A DNA stretch of 63,400 bases, the filler included, from Octopus bimaculoides (lineage: Eukaryota), in the NCBI RefSeq assembly GCF_001194135.2. It is 8 parts of 7 records of this genome, joined end to end, with 100 filler letters (N's around TTAATTAATTAA, not from the genome) between each part and the next. Parts side by side here need not be neighbours in the genome. Positions count along the whole stretch, not along the records: positions 60,237 to 63,400 come from NC_069001.1; 7 more parts are not named here. One strand, 5' to 3'. Positions within the stretch are counted from its first letter, which is position 1. Every line of letters begins with the position of its first letter. Positions 62,078 through 63,400 of the stretch are shown piece after piece. Under the pieces are notes generated by a model, which saw nothing but the letters and a program-made list of their open reading frames with translations, searched no databases and was not told where the DNA came from. The translations under genes and the position numbers were made by a program.

Positions 62078-62685
62078 GTATCTATTTATTTATTTACACA
62101 TGGAACCAGAATACACACATACACGTCCATAGGCATATATATTGGCTTCAAACCTTTGCACAAGGCCAGCCATTTAGCCATCAATCCCGAAATGAGGAAG
62201 GGCAGAATTTGAACTCGCGCACATATATATTAATAAGCAGGAATATGAAGCCCAGGCAACTGGTAAAAAGCACAGGGTAAGCTATAAACATACAAATCGT
62301 TTCTTCCAATCCATTTCTCATTGAATTTTAAACTAAATACAGCTTAGAATTGGTTTCAAATTTTGGCACAAGCTCAGCAATTGCAGGATAAGTTAATTAC
62401 ATCGATCCCAGTTTTCGACTGGGTCTTATTTTATCGACCATGGAGGGATGAAAGTCAAAGTCGATCTCGGCGGCATTTCAACCCAGAACGTAAACACGAA
62501 CTAAATGCTCTCAAGCATTTTGCCTCGGCCTGATAACTATTGTGCCACCTCAGCCGCCTTAAGTTCGGCGTATTCTTTTCTACTCTAGGCATAAGGCTCA
62601 GAATTTTGTGGGAGGGGGCCACTCGCTTAGATCGACCTCAGTACGCAACTGGTACTTAATTTATTGACCTCGCAAGAATGAAAGT
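61545..62685 (-). mobile_element. Several decayed family-M SINE copies (61545-61810, 62345-62560, 62575-62685)
   Basis: GGCAAAGTCGACCCC/AAAGTCGATCTCGGCGGCATTTCAACCCAGAACG/AACTGGTACTTAATTT motifs. Confidence 0.75.
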
Positions 62686-63099
62686 AAGACGCGTCAAGAC
62701 CGTTTCTGATTATGTGACCCAGAGCAGCACGTCGGGGCAATCGCCCCACGGTGAGGCTACAAGATAATGTAAAATATAAACCTTTCTATTGAGAACTCGT
62801 TGTCTGTGTTGTACAAACACTTTCCAAAAAATTACAAACTTTTCAAACCTTACAAAGCATATAAACGTTGTTTCCAATAATATATTTCCACAGAATTACT
62901 AACATAAGTTCTGAAGAAATTGGCTGCCGACCAACTCAGTCGTCTATTTTCTGTTTCTATTTTTTTTTTACTTATATGTTGCATAATTAATTTTATTACT
63001 TACATTCCATGTATTTATTTACATATTTAAGTCGCTATCGATGCGTCTCTTGACATTATATACACCTCTTTTTAAAATATGTATTATTTTTACATATAT

Positions 63100-63400
63100 T
63101 TTATGCAATGACTACATATATGTGCACACATGCATACATACATACATACATACATAAATATATATATATGTGTATGTGCGTGTAAATATAAATATATATG
63201 TATGTACATACATATATACATACATTAGCATATATATAAATTTCTATAATTTTTCCTACCCTATATATATATACACACACACACTTATATGTGTGTGTGT
63301 GCATATTCATATTTGTATAAATATAAACATATATAAACCTAGGTATATATATATGTGTGTCTGTATTAATGTATGTATTGTATTGTGTACGGGCAAGTAT
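63100..63400. repeat. (TA)n/(CATA)n/(GT)n low-complexity block
   Basis: Directly visible. Confidence 0.9.

Noticed and set aside
62903-62950. CTGAAGA followed by a TTGG/CCAA hairpin
   Set aside because: No GAAA after stem II; at best a deleted HHR relic.

Overview
AT-rich, microsatellite-dense, heavily gapped eukaryotic draft sequence (a large fraction is N). The repeat complement (tRNA-derived SINEs with CORE-like, V-like and other central domains, RTE, CR1/L2, R4/Dong-type RLE LINEs, Penelope-like elements, an Academ-type DNA transposon remnant) looks molluscan, most likely Octopus; this is inferred from repeat recognition, not from a search. No host protein-coding gene can be called confidently. 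A few unique, relatively GC/CpG-rich islands may be exons. Most long ORFs in the supplied track are artefacts of N-runs and microsatellites. The main signal is a set of eight type I hammerhead-ribozyme (HHR) motifs from several sequence families. Four of them form two adjacent fold-back elements (25.2-27.2 kb and 27.3-28.3 kb) with one HHR on each strand; the second also has a 473-bp unit with 121-bp terminal redundancy, as expected of a retrozyme/Penelope pLTR-type RNA. Decayed Penelope RT and GIY-YIG coding sequence lies nearby. A second theme is repeated insertion of several R4/Dong-type LINE families into (AAT)n tracts, twice tail-to-tail with the (ATT)n tail of the dominant SINE. All coordinates and alignments were read by eye; ends of decayed elements are approximate.
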